From positions 1-64,000 of the forward strand of contig JAUCBJ010009088.1 in assembly GCA_032718475.1 (NCBI GenBank): a stretch of DNA of 64,000 nt, in the 5' to 3' direction. The DNA comes from Nemertoderma westbladi (Eukaryota; Animalia; Xenacoelomorpha). A program made the position numbers and the translations under genes. Position 1 is the stretch's first letter. The number at the start of each line of letters is the position of its first letter. The notes under the pieces are model-generated. The model had not been told where the DNA came from. It searched no databases and was given only the letters and a program-made list of their open reading frames with translations. Shown here piece after piece: positions 36,378 to 49,200 of this stretch.

Positions 36378-39300
36378 ACCAGATTCAAACAAAGGATGGA
36401 ATGGTCAATGCTTACGCCGTGCATTTGTGTCTGCTACTCTCAATGGTATAAATATTATTGGTTTTGTAGACCCTGGAAGTGAAGTTTCTATTATTAGTCC
36501 AGCAACATTGCTTAGACTACAGAATAAAACAAAGATGAAATTTAATAAACGTTCAGTACCTTACGATCCGAAATCTGCTTCAGGACATTCGTTGGATATT
36601 GATGGTATTATTAGAACTGAAATGAAACTGGGAGAATTGGAACATGAAGTTGATCTACTAGTGCAAAAGAACTGCAGACATGAATTATTGATTGGATTGG
36701 ATTTACTGGCTGCATTTGGATGTGTCCTTGACATGACGCAAGGTCATTTAACAATATCTGTAGATGGAAAGGAGATTCCATCGAAGATGAAGTCTAGAGT
36801 AATCGGCGAAAGTGAATCGTCGGTGGTGTGGTGTAGTGATGTTGTAATAATTCCTCCTAGAAGTCGTTTAATTATTACTGGTCAACTTGATTCGCATATC
36901 AATCGAGGTGAATCTCAGTCGGTAGTTTTCGATCAGGCAGTTAAACTCCCAAAGCGCCATTCGGTTACAGCAGCTTGCGCTCTAGTAGAACCGGATGAAT
37001 TACAACAAATTCCTGTACAATTGATGAATCCTTTTGAAATTCCAATCAGAATAAACAAGAAAAGTAAATTGGGAACTGTAAATACAATTAATGTTGAATC
37101 AGAAATATTAATTGAAGATGAAAGTGATACTTGTATGTCATATCCAGTACAAGAAACAACAAAGAAGCCATGGACTAGAGAAGAACTAAAATCTGAAATG
37201 CAATTTGGATTCGAAGAATGTGATGAAGTTGAGAAAGATGAGATTATTAATATTGCGTTTAAACATAAAACAGTTTTCGCTCGTGACGAGACGGATGTTG
37301 GTTTTATACCAGGTGTCCAACATCATATTAATACTGGTGAATCGGCACCGATTCGCCAAAAAGGGGGACGTATACCACGATCGCATTGGCCAATGGTAGA
37401 ACAGCATATCGAGTCAATGCTGGAAAAAGGAATTATTGAGAGTTCCGAGAGTCCGTGGATGTCTCGTCCGGTATTCGCTCTAAAGAAAGGGGGAGGTTAT
37501 AGATTCTGTGTTGATTACAGACAATTAAACGCGATTACGAAGAAGGATGCATATCCATTACCATCGATCCAAGAATTGATGGATTGTATTGGGTCGCCAG
37601 AACGAACTAAAAAACGAATGTACTTCACAGTACTAGACGCATTTTCGGCATATTGGGCGATTAACGTAGCAACTGAAGACCGCTGTAAGACTGCATTTGC
37701 TACACATAAAGGCTTCTACCAGTTCAATAGAATGCCTTTTGGGTTGTGTAACGCACCGTCGTCGTGGCAACGTGTTATGGACTTAGCGTTGTACGGGTTG
37801 CAGTACACAAGTTGTTTAATTTATATGGATGATGTGTTAATTTTTGGTCACACATTTTTAGAGGCTAAAGAGAGATTAGAATTAGTTTTAAGTGCGTTAG
37901 AAAAAGCAGGTATAAAACTGAAACTTAAAAAGTGTTATTTTATTGTACCTCGAATTGTTTATTTGGGACATGTAGTAGATAAATTAGGGAGGCACCCAGA
38001 TCCGGAGAAAGTTAACGCAATTGTTAGTATCAAAGAGCTAACAAATAAACAAGATGTTCGTAGTTTTACCGGGTTAGCCTCATATTATAGAGTTTATATC
38101 CCACATTGCGCTCATAGATTGAAACCTCTTACTACCTTGATTAAGAATGACGTAGTTTTTGTATGGGGAACACTGCAAAAAAACGCGTTTGACGATATTA
38201 AACGCGCGCTAACTAATCCACCATGTCTTGTACATCCAGATTTTAGTAAAGACTTTTATATTCATACTGATGCTTGTAAAACTGGACTTGGCGCCGTTTT
38301 AGCGCAGTTAAATGAGTTCGATAAACCACAGCCTGTAGGTTATGCATCTAGAGTATTGCATGGTAGTGAAAGTAACTACGGTATTAGTCACTTAGAATGT
38401 TTAGCTGTGATTTGGGCAATAAAACATTTTAAATCATATTTGTATGGCTGTCGATTTATTGTGTATACGGACCATACAGCTTTAACTCATTTACTTACAG
38501 CTAGTAATCTTGAAGGTCGATTAGCACGTTGGGCGATGTGGTTGTCTCAATTTAATTGTGAGATCCGCTATCGACCCGGACCTAAACATAGTGATGCTGA
38601 CGCTATGAGTCGGTTGGCACCACAATGTTGTGTTGAAAAATCGAGCGGACAATGTCCAATAGATTTGATTAAAGAGAAAGATGTTGATATTTTGAGTGTA
38701 GATCCTGATATAAATTTTGTGCCGTTAAAAATGGATCTAGGTATAAAACAAATACAAGATCAAAAACTTAGACCGATTATTCTATATTTGCGAGATAAAG
38801 AATTACCAAATAATAAGAAACAAGCGAATCTTATTTTATTGGAGGCACAACATTATGAGTTGAAAGATAATATACTTTATTATAGATACCAAGTAAAAGG
38901 TAGTAGAAGTAGTGAAGTTAGATTGCTTAGTGTTGTGCCGAAGATTTTACAAGATATTTTGTTAGAAGCATACCATTCAACGAGTTCGTCTGGACATTTT
39001 GCAACTTCAAAAATGTATAGTACTATAATTCGTTTTTATTATTGGAAAGGTATGTACAGTGCTATTGATTTGTATTATAGAAATTGTATAAAATGTGCAG
39101 TAAGTCGAGATTCTAGAACCAGACATGAACTCGAATCAATTGAAGTAGATAGACCTTATGAGAGAGTAGCATCTGATTTATTAGGACCGTTTATTCCAAC
39201 TATAAATGGGTTTACATATATTGCAATATTTATAGATTATTTGACGAAATATTGTGAATTTGTAGCACTTCGTAATTCGACAGCAGTAGAGACTGCGAAT

Positions 39301-40275
39301 GCTTTTGTAAATCGCATAGTTTTACGTTACGGTGCTCCAGAATTACTACTTAGCGATCAAGGTCCTAATTATCGATCGAAATTAGTGCATGAAATTGCGC
39401 AGCGTTGTAATACGAAAAAAATATTTTCAGTTCCATATCATCCTCAATCCGATGGTTTGGCTGAAAGAACAATACAAACAGTTATTAGATTATTACGTGC
39501 AGTAACAAACCACAAAGATAGAAATTGGGATGAATTTCTACCTATTGTCCAATTTGCTTATAACAATACAGTACAAAGTAGTACTAATCAGACTCCATTT
39601 TATGTAATGCATGGTTTTGAAGCTAGAAGACCGGTGGACAATTTAATTATTCCAAAAGGTGATAAATTTACACCTGATCAACGAGCTAGAATTATAGGTG
39701 AGAGAATGTCAGAAATTTGGTCTCTAGCTAGAAAAGCCATACATGAGTCTCAAATTGTGCAGAAACGTAATTTTGATAAGAAAGTATGTGCAGTTGATGT
39801 TAGAGTAGGAGATTTAGTTTGGTGCAGAGATCATTCTATTTTACCTGGTTCGGACCATAAACTTGCTCCAAAATACTCAGGACCCTTTCGAATTGTAGAT
39901 TTAGACAATAAAAATGTGAAGGTTATTCAATTAAATAAAACTAGCGATAAATCAAAAACTATTAGTAGAGATGACGTTAGGTTGCGAGCAGGACCTTATT
40001 TGCCATCACTACCGACAGGAATAACCTTGACAACTAGACAACCTAATGCTCCGTTAGGTCGCGAAACTGATTGTAAACGTGAGAACGAAGAACCACCATT
40101 TGAAAATGAATCAGAAATTATTTTATGTCCTTTATGTGGTATTCCGTGGCAAGATGACGGACCATCGATGGTAGGTTGTGATAAATGTATGGACTGGTTT
40201 CATTTTCATTGTGTAGGATTAACTGGTGAACCAAATACAGAAAAGTGGTTTTGTGCAGATTGTGCAAATAAATAA
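36352..40275 (+). CDS. pol: Gypsy Pol: protease, RT, RNase H, integrase, C-terminal PHD finger
   Basis: FVDPGS; YRFCVDYRQLN, RMPFGL, YMDD; TDAC...YTDH; H...GHF...CIKC, SDQG, GLAER; C4HC3 motif at the end. Confidence 0.96.
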   Translation: MKHSVISIEPDSNKGWNGQCLRRAFVSATLNGINIIGFVDPGSEVSIISPATLLRLQNKTKMKFNKRSVPYDPKSASGHSLDIDGIIRTEMKLGELEHEVDLLVQKNCRHELLIGLDLLAAFGCVLDMTQGHLTISVDGKEIPSKMKSRVIGESESSVVWCSDVVIIPPRSRLIITGQLDSHINRGESQSVVFDQAVKLPKRHSVTAACALVEPDELQQIPVQLMNPFEIPIRINKKSKLGTVNTINVESEILIEDESDTCMSYPVQETTKKPWTREELKSEMQFGFEECDEVEKDEIINIAFKHKTVFARDETDVGFIPGVQHHINTGESAPIRQKGGRIPRSHWPMVEQHIESMLEKGIIESSESPWMSRPVFALKKGGGYRFCVDYRQLNAITKKDAYPLPSIQELMDCIGSPERTKKRMYFTVLDAFSAYWAINVATEDRCKTAFATHKGFYQFNRMPFGLCNAPSSWQRVMDLALYGLQYTSCLIYMDDVLIFGHTFLEAKERLELVLSALEKAGIKLKLKKCYFIVPRIVYLGHVVDKLGRHPDPEKVNAIVSIKELTNKQDVRSFTGLASYYRVYIPHCAHRLKPLTTLIKNDVVFVWGTLQKNAFDDIKRALTNPPCLVHPDFSKDFYIHTDACKTGLGAVLAQLNEFDKPQPVGYASRVLHGSESNYGISHLECLAVIWAIKHFKSYLYGCRFIVYTDHTALTHLLTASNLEGRLARWAMWLSQFNCEIRYRPGPKHSDADAMSRLAPQCCVEKSSGQCPIDLIKEKDVDILSVDPDINFVPLKMDLGIKQIQDQKLRPIILYLRDKELPNNKKQANLILLEAQHYELKDNILYYRYQVKGSRSSEVRLLSVVPKILQDILLEAYHSTSSSGHFATSKMYSTIIRFYYWKGMYSAIDLYYRNCIKCAVSRDSRTRHELESIEVDRPYERVASDLLGPFIPTINGFTYIAIFIDYLTKYCEFVALRNSTAVETANAFVNRIVLRYGAPELLLSDQGPNYRSKLVHEIAQRCNTKKIFSVPYHPQSDGLAERTIQTVIRLLRAVTNHKDRNWDEFLPIVQFAYNNTVQSSTNQTPFYVMHGFEARRPVDNLIIPKGDKFTPDQRARIIGERMSEIWSLARKAIHESQIVQKRNFDKKVCAVDVRVGDLVWCRDHSILPGSDHKLAPKYSGPFRIVDLDNKNVKVIQLNKTSDKSKTISRDDVRLRAGPYLPSLPTGITLTTRQPNAPLGRETDCKRENEEPPFENESEIILCPLCGIPWQDDGPSMVGCDKCMDWFHFHCVGLTGEPNTEKWFCADCANK

Positions 40276-43200
40276 AACTTCTGTATTTTTCATATATTTT
40301 AATTGTTTGTTACGATTACAATTATTTTGACTTTGAGATAAGTGAAACTGAAAGTAATTTAATTTGTGTTGTAAATTTGGTTAATTTACTGTGATAAATA
40401 GATATTTTCATTTATTAAGATCGGGTCGATCTTTTGGTAACGCGGGGGATGTAAGAAGGTACCGGTAGTTACCATACTGTAGCCTATTTTATGTACTATG
40501 TAGGCCGTTGTTGTGCGCCTTACCCTGTCTGTCTGTCCTAACTATAATAATCGATGTAATTTGTATATCAGTATAATATGTTAATATATTCATAAAGACG
40601 TTACTGCTTTGCTGCTTTTGTGCTACATGCGTTAGAGAACTCGAGGGAGGGGGGTTGAGGCTAAAGCAGATAAGCCGCCCATTACACTGGTATACGTACA
40701 ATACGATTGGAACTACCAGTAGTTTTCCCACCGGATTCGAGCAGTAGGTGCACTTTTGCATCTTTCAGCATTGCGTCGGAGAAACGAGGCGAAGGGCCGG
40801 AAGTCGCGATGATAGAGTTCCGGTACGACCCTCTCTCGACCTTGGCCGTCGAGAGATATGCGAGAATGTTATCGCAAACGTGCTGGCACCCAGTCCGCCA
40901 GTTTGTGTCATCAACGTTGAAGACTCAGCAGTCATCTATATGCAGAAGGAGACGATTCGTTAGGATAAGCTGCAAGTGATCCCCACCTCATAGGGATCCT
41001 CGGATATAAGGATTACAGGATTACAACTTCCGAACTTGAAGTTTAGAACTGCAGTAGGCCTATAATTCAGGCAGATTGTCTCATGAGTTTACTAAAATCC
41101 TGAGGTTATTAGCCAAATGGGTGAATGTGGATTGGTTAGGCCTACTGCAAGAACATGAGAAAACAAAATGCTAGGCCTCGTATTAGTATTAGGCTCACTA
41201 AAAATTAACAAATAATAAATGAAATACTGAAATAGGCCTAAATTTAATTATACAACAACCGTCAGACCATACCTGCTGCCTGCATACAGCCGTACCAAAC
41301 CTGATAACATGCAGACAAGCCTAGAATACAAGTGAAATGTATAGTAGGCAGGTAGGCCTACTGTCAGACTGTCTGACTGTAGTAAGGCCTGTGAAAGTAC
41401 GGGCGGTGGTACGCTACTGCTGTACTGCAGTACTGCAGCAGGCGTCCCAGTGGAGGGGCAGACCGGTATATAAAATCCAACACTACCGGTAATTGCTACA
41501 CAGCCAGCTGTGAGTTCATTATTCTTGCCCAAGGCGCCTTGTCCCTGCCTCACACTACAAAAAGTGTTGCCGTCGCTAGGATACAAATTATCTGTTATTG
41601 GTTAGAGCTGTACCATTGGTTGGCTTTGGTTGTGTTTGATGTAGGCCATCATGTTATGATATTCAAATGGATTGATGGAGGGAATTTCAAAATGGTCAAA
41701 TAATACAACAATAATGAAATTTTTAATATGATGTGCAATTATAAAAATCGCTGTAACTCTGGTGCAACACGACCGTATTCGATGAAATTTTCATTGTTAC
41801 GTATGGTAATTAATGCGTTTACAATTGCTATACTCAATATATTTATAATCGGTATGATTTTTAAACTATAAGAGTTTAAGAGCCGGGAATTGCCAAATTG
41901 TGGCTACGTAGGCCAGATTTGACCACAAAATTGACCAGGTTCGTGCAACTCTTGAAAATTTTGGAATATGTCAATTTTGTTCTACTATCATGTTCTATAA
42001 ATGACCAAAGTTAAAAAAAATATAATTCCTAGGAAGTTGTTTTATTTTTGATAAATATGTAATTTTATGGTGAAAATTGGTTAATTTCGTTAAAAATCAG
42101 TGAAAATTTGACGGTTTGGAGTAAAATTGGGTGGGTTGGGCCAACTCATATAAATTGTGGCCAGTGTTATTTTTCTTATCCTAAAACGTTCTTTAATTGA
42201 ACACAGTTTTAGAAAATATAATTCCTAGGAAGTTCTTAAACTAAAGCTCAGACTTTCAAAAAGACGGTCATTTAACGGACTTTTTTTATTTGTCTGTCAT
42301 ACCTACACATATCGTTGAAATCGAAAATGGCATGCATATTCGGATTCAGCACACCAAAATGTACCTATATAGTATATTTTGAGGTAATCTGAGGCTAAAA
42401 TAAAAAAAATGAAAAAATGAAAAAAAATTTCGCCAAAATTTGCCAAACTTCCAAAAATACTTACTTGCTCAGATTTTCATGAAATTTGGTACGGATGTGC
42501 CCAAAGCAATTCTAAGAAACTAATTTGAAGGATTTACGGAAAAATGCAATTTAAGCCTATATATCGCATTTTGAGTGCCTAATTTTAGGCTAAATTTCAA
42601 GAAAATACAGATTTCCTAAGTTTGGCCCTTATTTACTACAAGAAGCAAGAGCTTACTGAGGCTAGTCTAGTGACTTGCCTCAGATTCACCAATGGCTTTG
42701 TTGGTCGGGGTGGAACATGAGAGTAGCCTCCAACTCCAGAATCCCTCTCCCCATCACAATCTGGCCTCCCTGGTGACCCAGGGTTTGGGCCAGAAAGGTC
42801 ATCAGGAAAGGGACTCAAAGAATTGTTGACTGCTCTCTCTCCAGTAGGGGGTGAGACAGGCAGCCGGTCAGGAGTTAACTGACGCCTGTGAGGCCGATTG
42901 TGTCCGGTAATTCCACTGGCCTCTAGTGGCCGGACCTCCGCATTGCTAATGTAATCCATAGTGGGGGTTGGGGGGTGCTTTTTTGCCGAGTCAGCTCTCG
43001 GGGCAAATACCACACCCTGGTTTGCCATTCCACAGGGTGGGTGTCGCAATGGAGTCAGATATGAGGCCCATCACCCATATCTACTCTGGCGCACATGACC
43101 CACCATTGGCTGTTGCAGCTCATCTGCTGGGTCATGCCCTGTACCCTTGCTTCCAGGTGCAGGTCGCAGTGAAGTGCTCTCAGAGTGGACATGAGAACAC

Positions 43201-44711
43201 TCTACTTCTGACCAGCCATTGGTAGATCACCATCTCCCTGGTCAGGCCATATACCCCTGCAGCCAAGTATATGGGTCCTTAATCCAGGACCAAGGGCGTC
43301 CTTATCCCAGAACGAAGGGGGTCCTAGTTACAGGACCAGATTTGCCCTAGTATAAGGGGTCTATGCAGCTACAGGTGGCACCTCCTTTATGCTGCATGGA
43401 GGTGGCAAGTTTTCTTGATCAATGACCTAGAATACCTGACCTGACGAATCACCAGTTCTCAAATCACCAGTTAGAGACCGGTCACCCTGATTGTCCAGTT
43501 AGCGAGGGCAATTGATTTGCCCGAGTATTAGAAGGGACATCAGGCTCCGTTCTCACCAGTAGTAGTTTGTGTACTTTGGTATATATCGTTTAGACACGTC
43601 CTGGGCTGGGATTTCTTGGTAGATACTGTACAAACCCGTTATACGTTACTGGATACAGTAAGCGGTATATATACTACTGGACTCTTCAGTGCTCTTCCAT
43701 TTGATATAACCCACTTGTGAAATGATTGAGATTAAATGTGTATTTGAATTAATTGAAAAAGACTATCCATAGAAACCAAAATAAAACACTACCAGAGCCA
43801 TTTGTAGTGATGTGATGTCAATCAAATATGTGGAAGCCAATTACATCCAATTTTCAAAACTTGCTTACAGGCAAATCAGCTTCCTGAGAGAAAACAATAT
43901 AAGAAATTATCAGAGCACTGCGTAATGACGTCAAATATGTAGCAGCCAATCACAGCCGATTTTTAAAATTTTAAAATGGGTTTCCCGCTTTAACTTAAAC
44001 CCGCCATTTAAACCGTTTCCACGTGTTTTTACAAAAAAACAGACCCCACCACTCGATTCAAGGCACCTTTTTACCCATTATTCAATTGTTTCTAGCCCAA
44101 CAATTTTTTCATGCACCAACCTATTTAACAAACTGCACTCTAGAGAGGATGACGTGCTCAGTGATCGCAATCGACCTACCGAGTTTCTTTTGGTTTTAAG
44201 GGGAACTATACCTGTTCATGTGTTCAACCGAATGACAAGAGAGTACGCTGGGGCTTATTAGGTTTAGATACATAAGTTGTAGTGTCGTTATGCCCTGCAA
44301 AACCACACTACTTACATAGGCCAAATGAAGAGGATGGGCATTCCTAGTCGGTGGAAAATGATGCGATGATGTCGGTGATTGTCAGTAGTTTTGTCAGGTT
44401 TGAGAATGTCTGTGATGAGACTGGTTCTCTCCAAGGTCGTTCTGCACCAGCACTTTTTTGTTGTGGCGGCGTTGGTAAACAAACCTGCAGCTCTTAATTC
44501 TCCACTTAGAATGAAATATTTTTACGCTTGAATGAAAGTACCCATTGGAAAAATATTTCACATCTATTTATTAAGAAATCTAAAATCTGTATAGAAATAT
44601 TAATGGCGATTCCAAATCTGTATTCCGTTTTCAGCTAATGTTTCACTCTTGAGTTATTACCCGATTTGTAAATTCCATCCTGAAATTAAATATTCATAAT
44701 TTTATGTTTTA

Positions 44712-45106
44712 TAACTTTTTGTTGGGCACATCTTTGCAAAGTCGGAAATGACGCCCCTGTGGGATCGAACAAGTAACCTCTGGGTTGGAAGTCTGACGCT
44801 CTAACCATTCAGCTAGCAGCTCAGGTAAATGTAGACCTGGAAATACTATCTGATGCCTTGTATTTCAGCAATTTAGCTCCTCATGGTCTGATCTCAGTGG
44901 CAACAGATGATGGTATCAACCGATGGGAGGCCATGGGGAGGTAAATTGCGGACATACAAGGCATCAGATAGTATTTCCAGGTCTACATTTTACCTGAGCT
45001 GCTAGCTGAATGGTTAGAGCGTCAGACTTCCGACTCGGAGGTCACCAGTCTGATCCCACCTGGACGTCATTACCGACTTTGCAAAGCTGTGCCCAACAAA
45101 AAGTTA
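44712..45106. repeat. Long inverted repeat (~180-bp arms) with an outward-facing tRNA-like sequence in each arm
   Basis: 44712-44890 is the near reverse complement of 44928-45106; arms contain TAGCTGAATGGTTAGAGCG and GTTCGATCCC. Confidence 0.85.
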
Positions 45107-46248
45107 GAATAATATGAAACCACTCATTAACCCATAACACCAATAATGAAATTATGATTTTGGGGGGGTAACACCAAAAATGGCAATAGAGAGTTGCAAA
45201 CCCCAGCGCAGTTCCACTCTAATTTCATCAGCAGTAGATAGGCCTACAATTATTTTTGTACTACAGTAGTACATAAAGTAAATCTTGAAATATTGGCCAA
45301 ATTATCATTGACAAATAAGGGTTATTTTTCTTCATTTTACATTTCTAGAAACCATTCGAAGCATGTCATTCAAAAATATTATGACTTCTACAGTATTTTA
45401 ACACATATTCCATGTTTTAATTTACAATACTTCACGAACACTGCAAGTAGTAGTTAATGAACAGTTAATTTGATGTATCGTTTAAGGTTGGAAACAGTCG
45501 ACGAAATGGGCTAATCAAAATCAAGATGTTGATCAATACCTCAAGTGGGAGGGTGCATTCGGGGGAAAGGATTCTAAGTTATCAACCTACACAATTGAAG
45601 AATTCCAAAATCAAGTCAAGAGTGATTACGACGAGATACTACTAAACGATGAGAGACAGGAGTTATGAAATGCCGGTGGCAGGTTTAATAGAGTTACACA
45701 GAATGAGAATAGTGGTAGGTAGGTGGATGTGGTGGATGGTAATGTAATATTTTATGTTTCATTTTATTTATACGTCATGGACACGAGTGAAATCTGCAAT
45801 TATTATATTTTCTTTAATTGCCAATAAATACTTTCTCAACAGGCCTACACCTGCTTTTAGTCTGAGACTGGCACTAACAACCACGGATCGTACGGTACTA
45901 CCGCTACCACTACCTCAACTGCTACCGCAAATGCCAACTACTGCGGTATTTGCGGTAGTTGGGTTATAGTTTTTACAATAATTTAAAGTAGGCACATTTC
46001 CAATTGGGGTGCTGTTTCTCCCTGCCCATGGAATTCACTTTAATTTATAAGTGAAAAATAAGTACCTAAAAAGTAAAACTTTTAATGTAAACTGTGTTCC
46101 TAAATATGTTGAAGTTCATATATCATAACAGGCTGAAACAGCAGCCATAGTATTTAATAGTCAAATTATTGGAAATAGTCAAATAATTGACTAAATCTTT
46201 TTCTAAACCAATAATCCAGAAAGATATTGTAACGACTTATAATATCTT

Positions 46249-49200
46249 TACTACTACTACTACTACTAGGTCGAGCGAACTCGGACAGTGGAAATGGGAT
46301 CATTCCAGGCTTCCCGATTCTCCATAGTTGTCGCAATTTCGTCTCTCCCAAGTTCAGTAACCCTGTCAAGTTGATCTATATATGTTATGGCCGGTCGTCC
46401 ATGACTACGCTTTCCATGAGTTGGTTGCCAGAAAAGTAGATCTGGTATGACCTCGTCCTTACTTCGCCAGCAGTGTCCACTGAATCTTAATCTGCGTTCA
46501 CGGAGGGTGGTTGATACAGGTGGTATTTTACCATAAAGCTCGGCGTTTGTCATTTATATAGCATTTATATGCTATCCAACCTCCTTAGCAGCCCTCTCCA
46601 CTTTATTTAGTAGAAGCAGTGCATCTGCTAGCGTATTAGAGAGCCGGGCGATGTCATCCACAAAGTCGGTGTCTGTGACTGTAGTTGCCGGATATCTACT
46701 ACTTCTGCGTTTTTGAAGTGTGAATCCCAGATCTTCACCCTTTGTGGCCGTCCTCATTGCGTAATCCAGCACAATTACAAATAGTAATGGTGCTAATGTG
46801 TCACCTTGCAGTACGCCAGCCAGGATTGAGAAAAACTCAGTTTCACCATCTGGTGAGAGTACCTGCGCTTCTGTGTCACAATATAACAATCCAATGCCAG
46901 CAACAATTACTTCTGGTATTCCATAAGCTCTTAGGATTTCAAGCATTTTACCTCTATGGATGGAGTCGAATGCCTTTTTGAGGTCCACAAAAGTCATGAC
47001 TGAGGGGAGATTTTTTGACTTAATTCCTTCAATCAGTCTCCGTAGTGCAAGTATCTGAGCTATTGTTGATCTACTTGGTCAAAATCCGTCTTGGCTCTTA
47101 CGCAGTAGTTTCTCTATGTGAGACCTAATCCTATACAGAATCATTTTATTGTATATTTTGGCAGCTACCACAAGCAGACAGATCCCACGATAGTTTGTTG
47201 GTATGCCAAGGTCTCCTTTCTTGGGGAGAGGCTTTAGGTGACCTTTAGTACAAATTGGTGGTGGCTTTTCCCCTTTTAACATCCGGTTTCAAACATTCAA
47301 TAATGGTCTGTTTAGAACTACGGATTTCCATACATCCGCTGGGATTTCATCTAATCCATTCGCTTTATTATTGGACATGCTTTTAATGCTTCTTTGGAGT
47401 TCGGCAGGTGTGAAGTCCCCGTTTCTATAGATAGTGTCTTGTCATATATTTGCCTTGTAGGGCTGACCTCGATGTTTGGTGGCTGCCCAAGCAAGTTGCT
47501 GAAGTGATTTTTCCACTTCCCAACACGTTCTTCAGGACTATCGGCTTTGAGGCGCCCCTTTGCACAACTTTTCCGACCAGATTTACAGTTTGCCAGGTAA
47601 GTCTTGATTGTTGCTGTATGTGAGCAGTTGTAATTGCTTCCATTTTATCCTGTATGTACTTTACCTGGCTGATGTTGTAGGCCTATTTAAGATCGTCCTT
47701 AGCTTTCTCAACCTTGTTAATGTTTTCAGTTGTTGGTTGTTCGGTTTTAACTTTGTAGGCTATCTTAAGATCTTCTCTCTTACAAGTAACCTCAGAGTTT
47801 TGCCATGGTACATACTGTTTTCGTTTGGTTTTTTGGGGGATATGCCTCTTAGCTAATTCCTTGTGGGCTGTTATTATATTCTAGTATATTGAATCGGTGG
47901 ACTGGTCTTCATCCATTGACCGAAGTGCTTCAAAGCGGTTTTGAACTTCTACTGTGTAAGCATCCTTTACAGCATTGTCAGTTCTGGGTTTATCCCAGTC
48001 ATAGTTGATTTGCTTGCTTGTCTTGGGATTGCTGGCTCTCAAACTGAGTCTGATCTCTACAGTCACAATTCTGTGGTCCGAACCAATTAGGTTGAACGAG
48101 CTGTATTCCTCGCAGTTGATCATGCTGTTTCTCCACTTTTTGTTTTTAAGGATGTAATCAAGTTTTTCTTTGGCTCCATTAGGGCATTGAAAGGTCCTTA
48201 CTCTTTTCGAATGTGTTGTTTGTTGGTATCAATTCTCATTCTTCCATTAGGTCTAAAAGTAAGTACCCATTTCTGTTAGAACTGGTGTTATAGGTGTAAC
48301 CCTTGATGTCTTCTGGGCCAATTTACGCATTCAGGTCACCAGCAATAACTTTGACATTGTGTATCAGAATGTCCTTTATAAGTCCAGTCAGATCTTCATA
48401 AAATTTGACTGCTTGTTCTGGCTCTGAGGCATTGGTTGGACTGTAGCAACATATAACCTGTTGCCTTGGGATTCCCATAAAATGTTGCGATCATAACCCT
48501 GGAATTTATAGATTCGATGTTGTTTAGGGTCTTAAGTGCAAATAGGCTTAGCAGAATTCCTACTCCACCAATTGATGCTTGGCCGAGTTTCTTACTGCTG
48601 AGCTTGTTACCTACTCCACCCATTTCCAATATCATTGTGCTTCATGGCAGTGTCTTTATGACAAATCCGATTTTCTTGGATGCAGATGATGTTATACTCC
48701 ATTGCCAGAGCGACTATGTCACCCTGTTTGGTATGTGCTTTCAGTGTGTGTGCGTTCATTGTAGCAATCTTTAGTGTCTTTTTACTTTTCAACAGGTTAG
48801 TTCTTCTTTTTTCTCTGTCTTCTGTTCCAGTAGCCAATTTATCAACCCCAGCCTGGTGTACCACTGTGGTCCTTGTTGACCCGGGCAACGACCGAGTCAG
48901 TATTTCTCCTGGAGGGTTCTCATACTCATATCTTTTGCGAGAGTAAACCGCTTGTGGTCGCAACTCCTACAAGCGTCTTCGCAGTAGGTCGCCGTTGGTT
49001 GATTACCTTCCACCGACCTTGTCAGCATGTCTAGCCGTTGGTTGATTACCTTCGCCTATCCATGGCCTACAGCCCTGCTGCCGACTGTAAGGGTCCTTTT
49101 GTCCTTTTGTTACACCCTGAACCAAGTGTGCCTCCTGGGTTAGGTTACCTAACACCAGTATCCAGCATCCAGTATAAACAGAGCGTGCATGTATCATCTC

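Larger units (their letters stand above)
34583..40686 (+). mobile_element. Full-length, young Ty3/Gypsy LTR retrotransposon
   Basis: LTRs 34583-34820 and 40450-40686 (TGTAAG...TTACA) almost identical; PBS 34821-34835; purine tract before 40450; open gag and pol. Confidence 0.96.

Noticed and set aside
41630-43600. Possible non-autonomous DNA transposon followed by a decayed LINE ORF1
   Set aside because: Composition is suggestive, but I could not identify termini or a diagnostic protein motif.
44990-45070. Functional tRNA-Gly(TCC) gene
   Set aside because: Acceptor and T arms do not pair properly and the sequence lies in an inverted-repeat arm.
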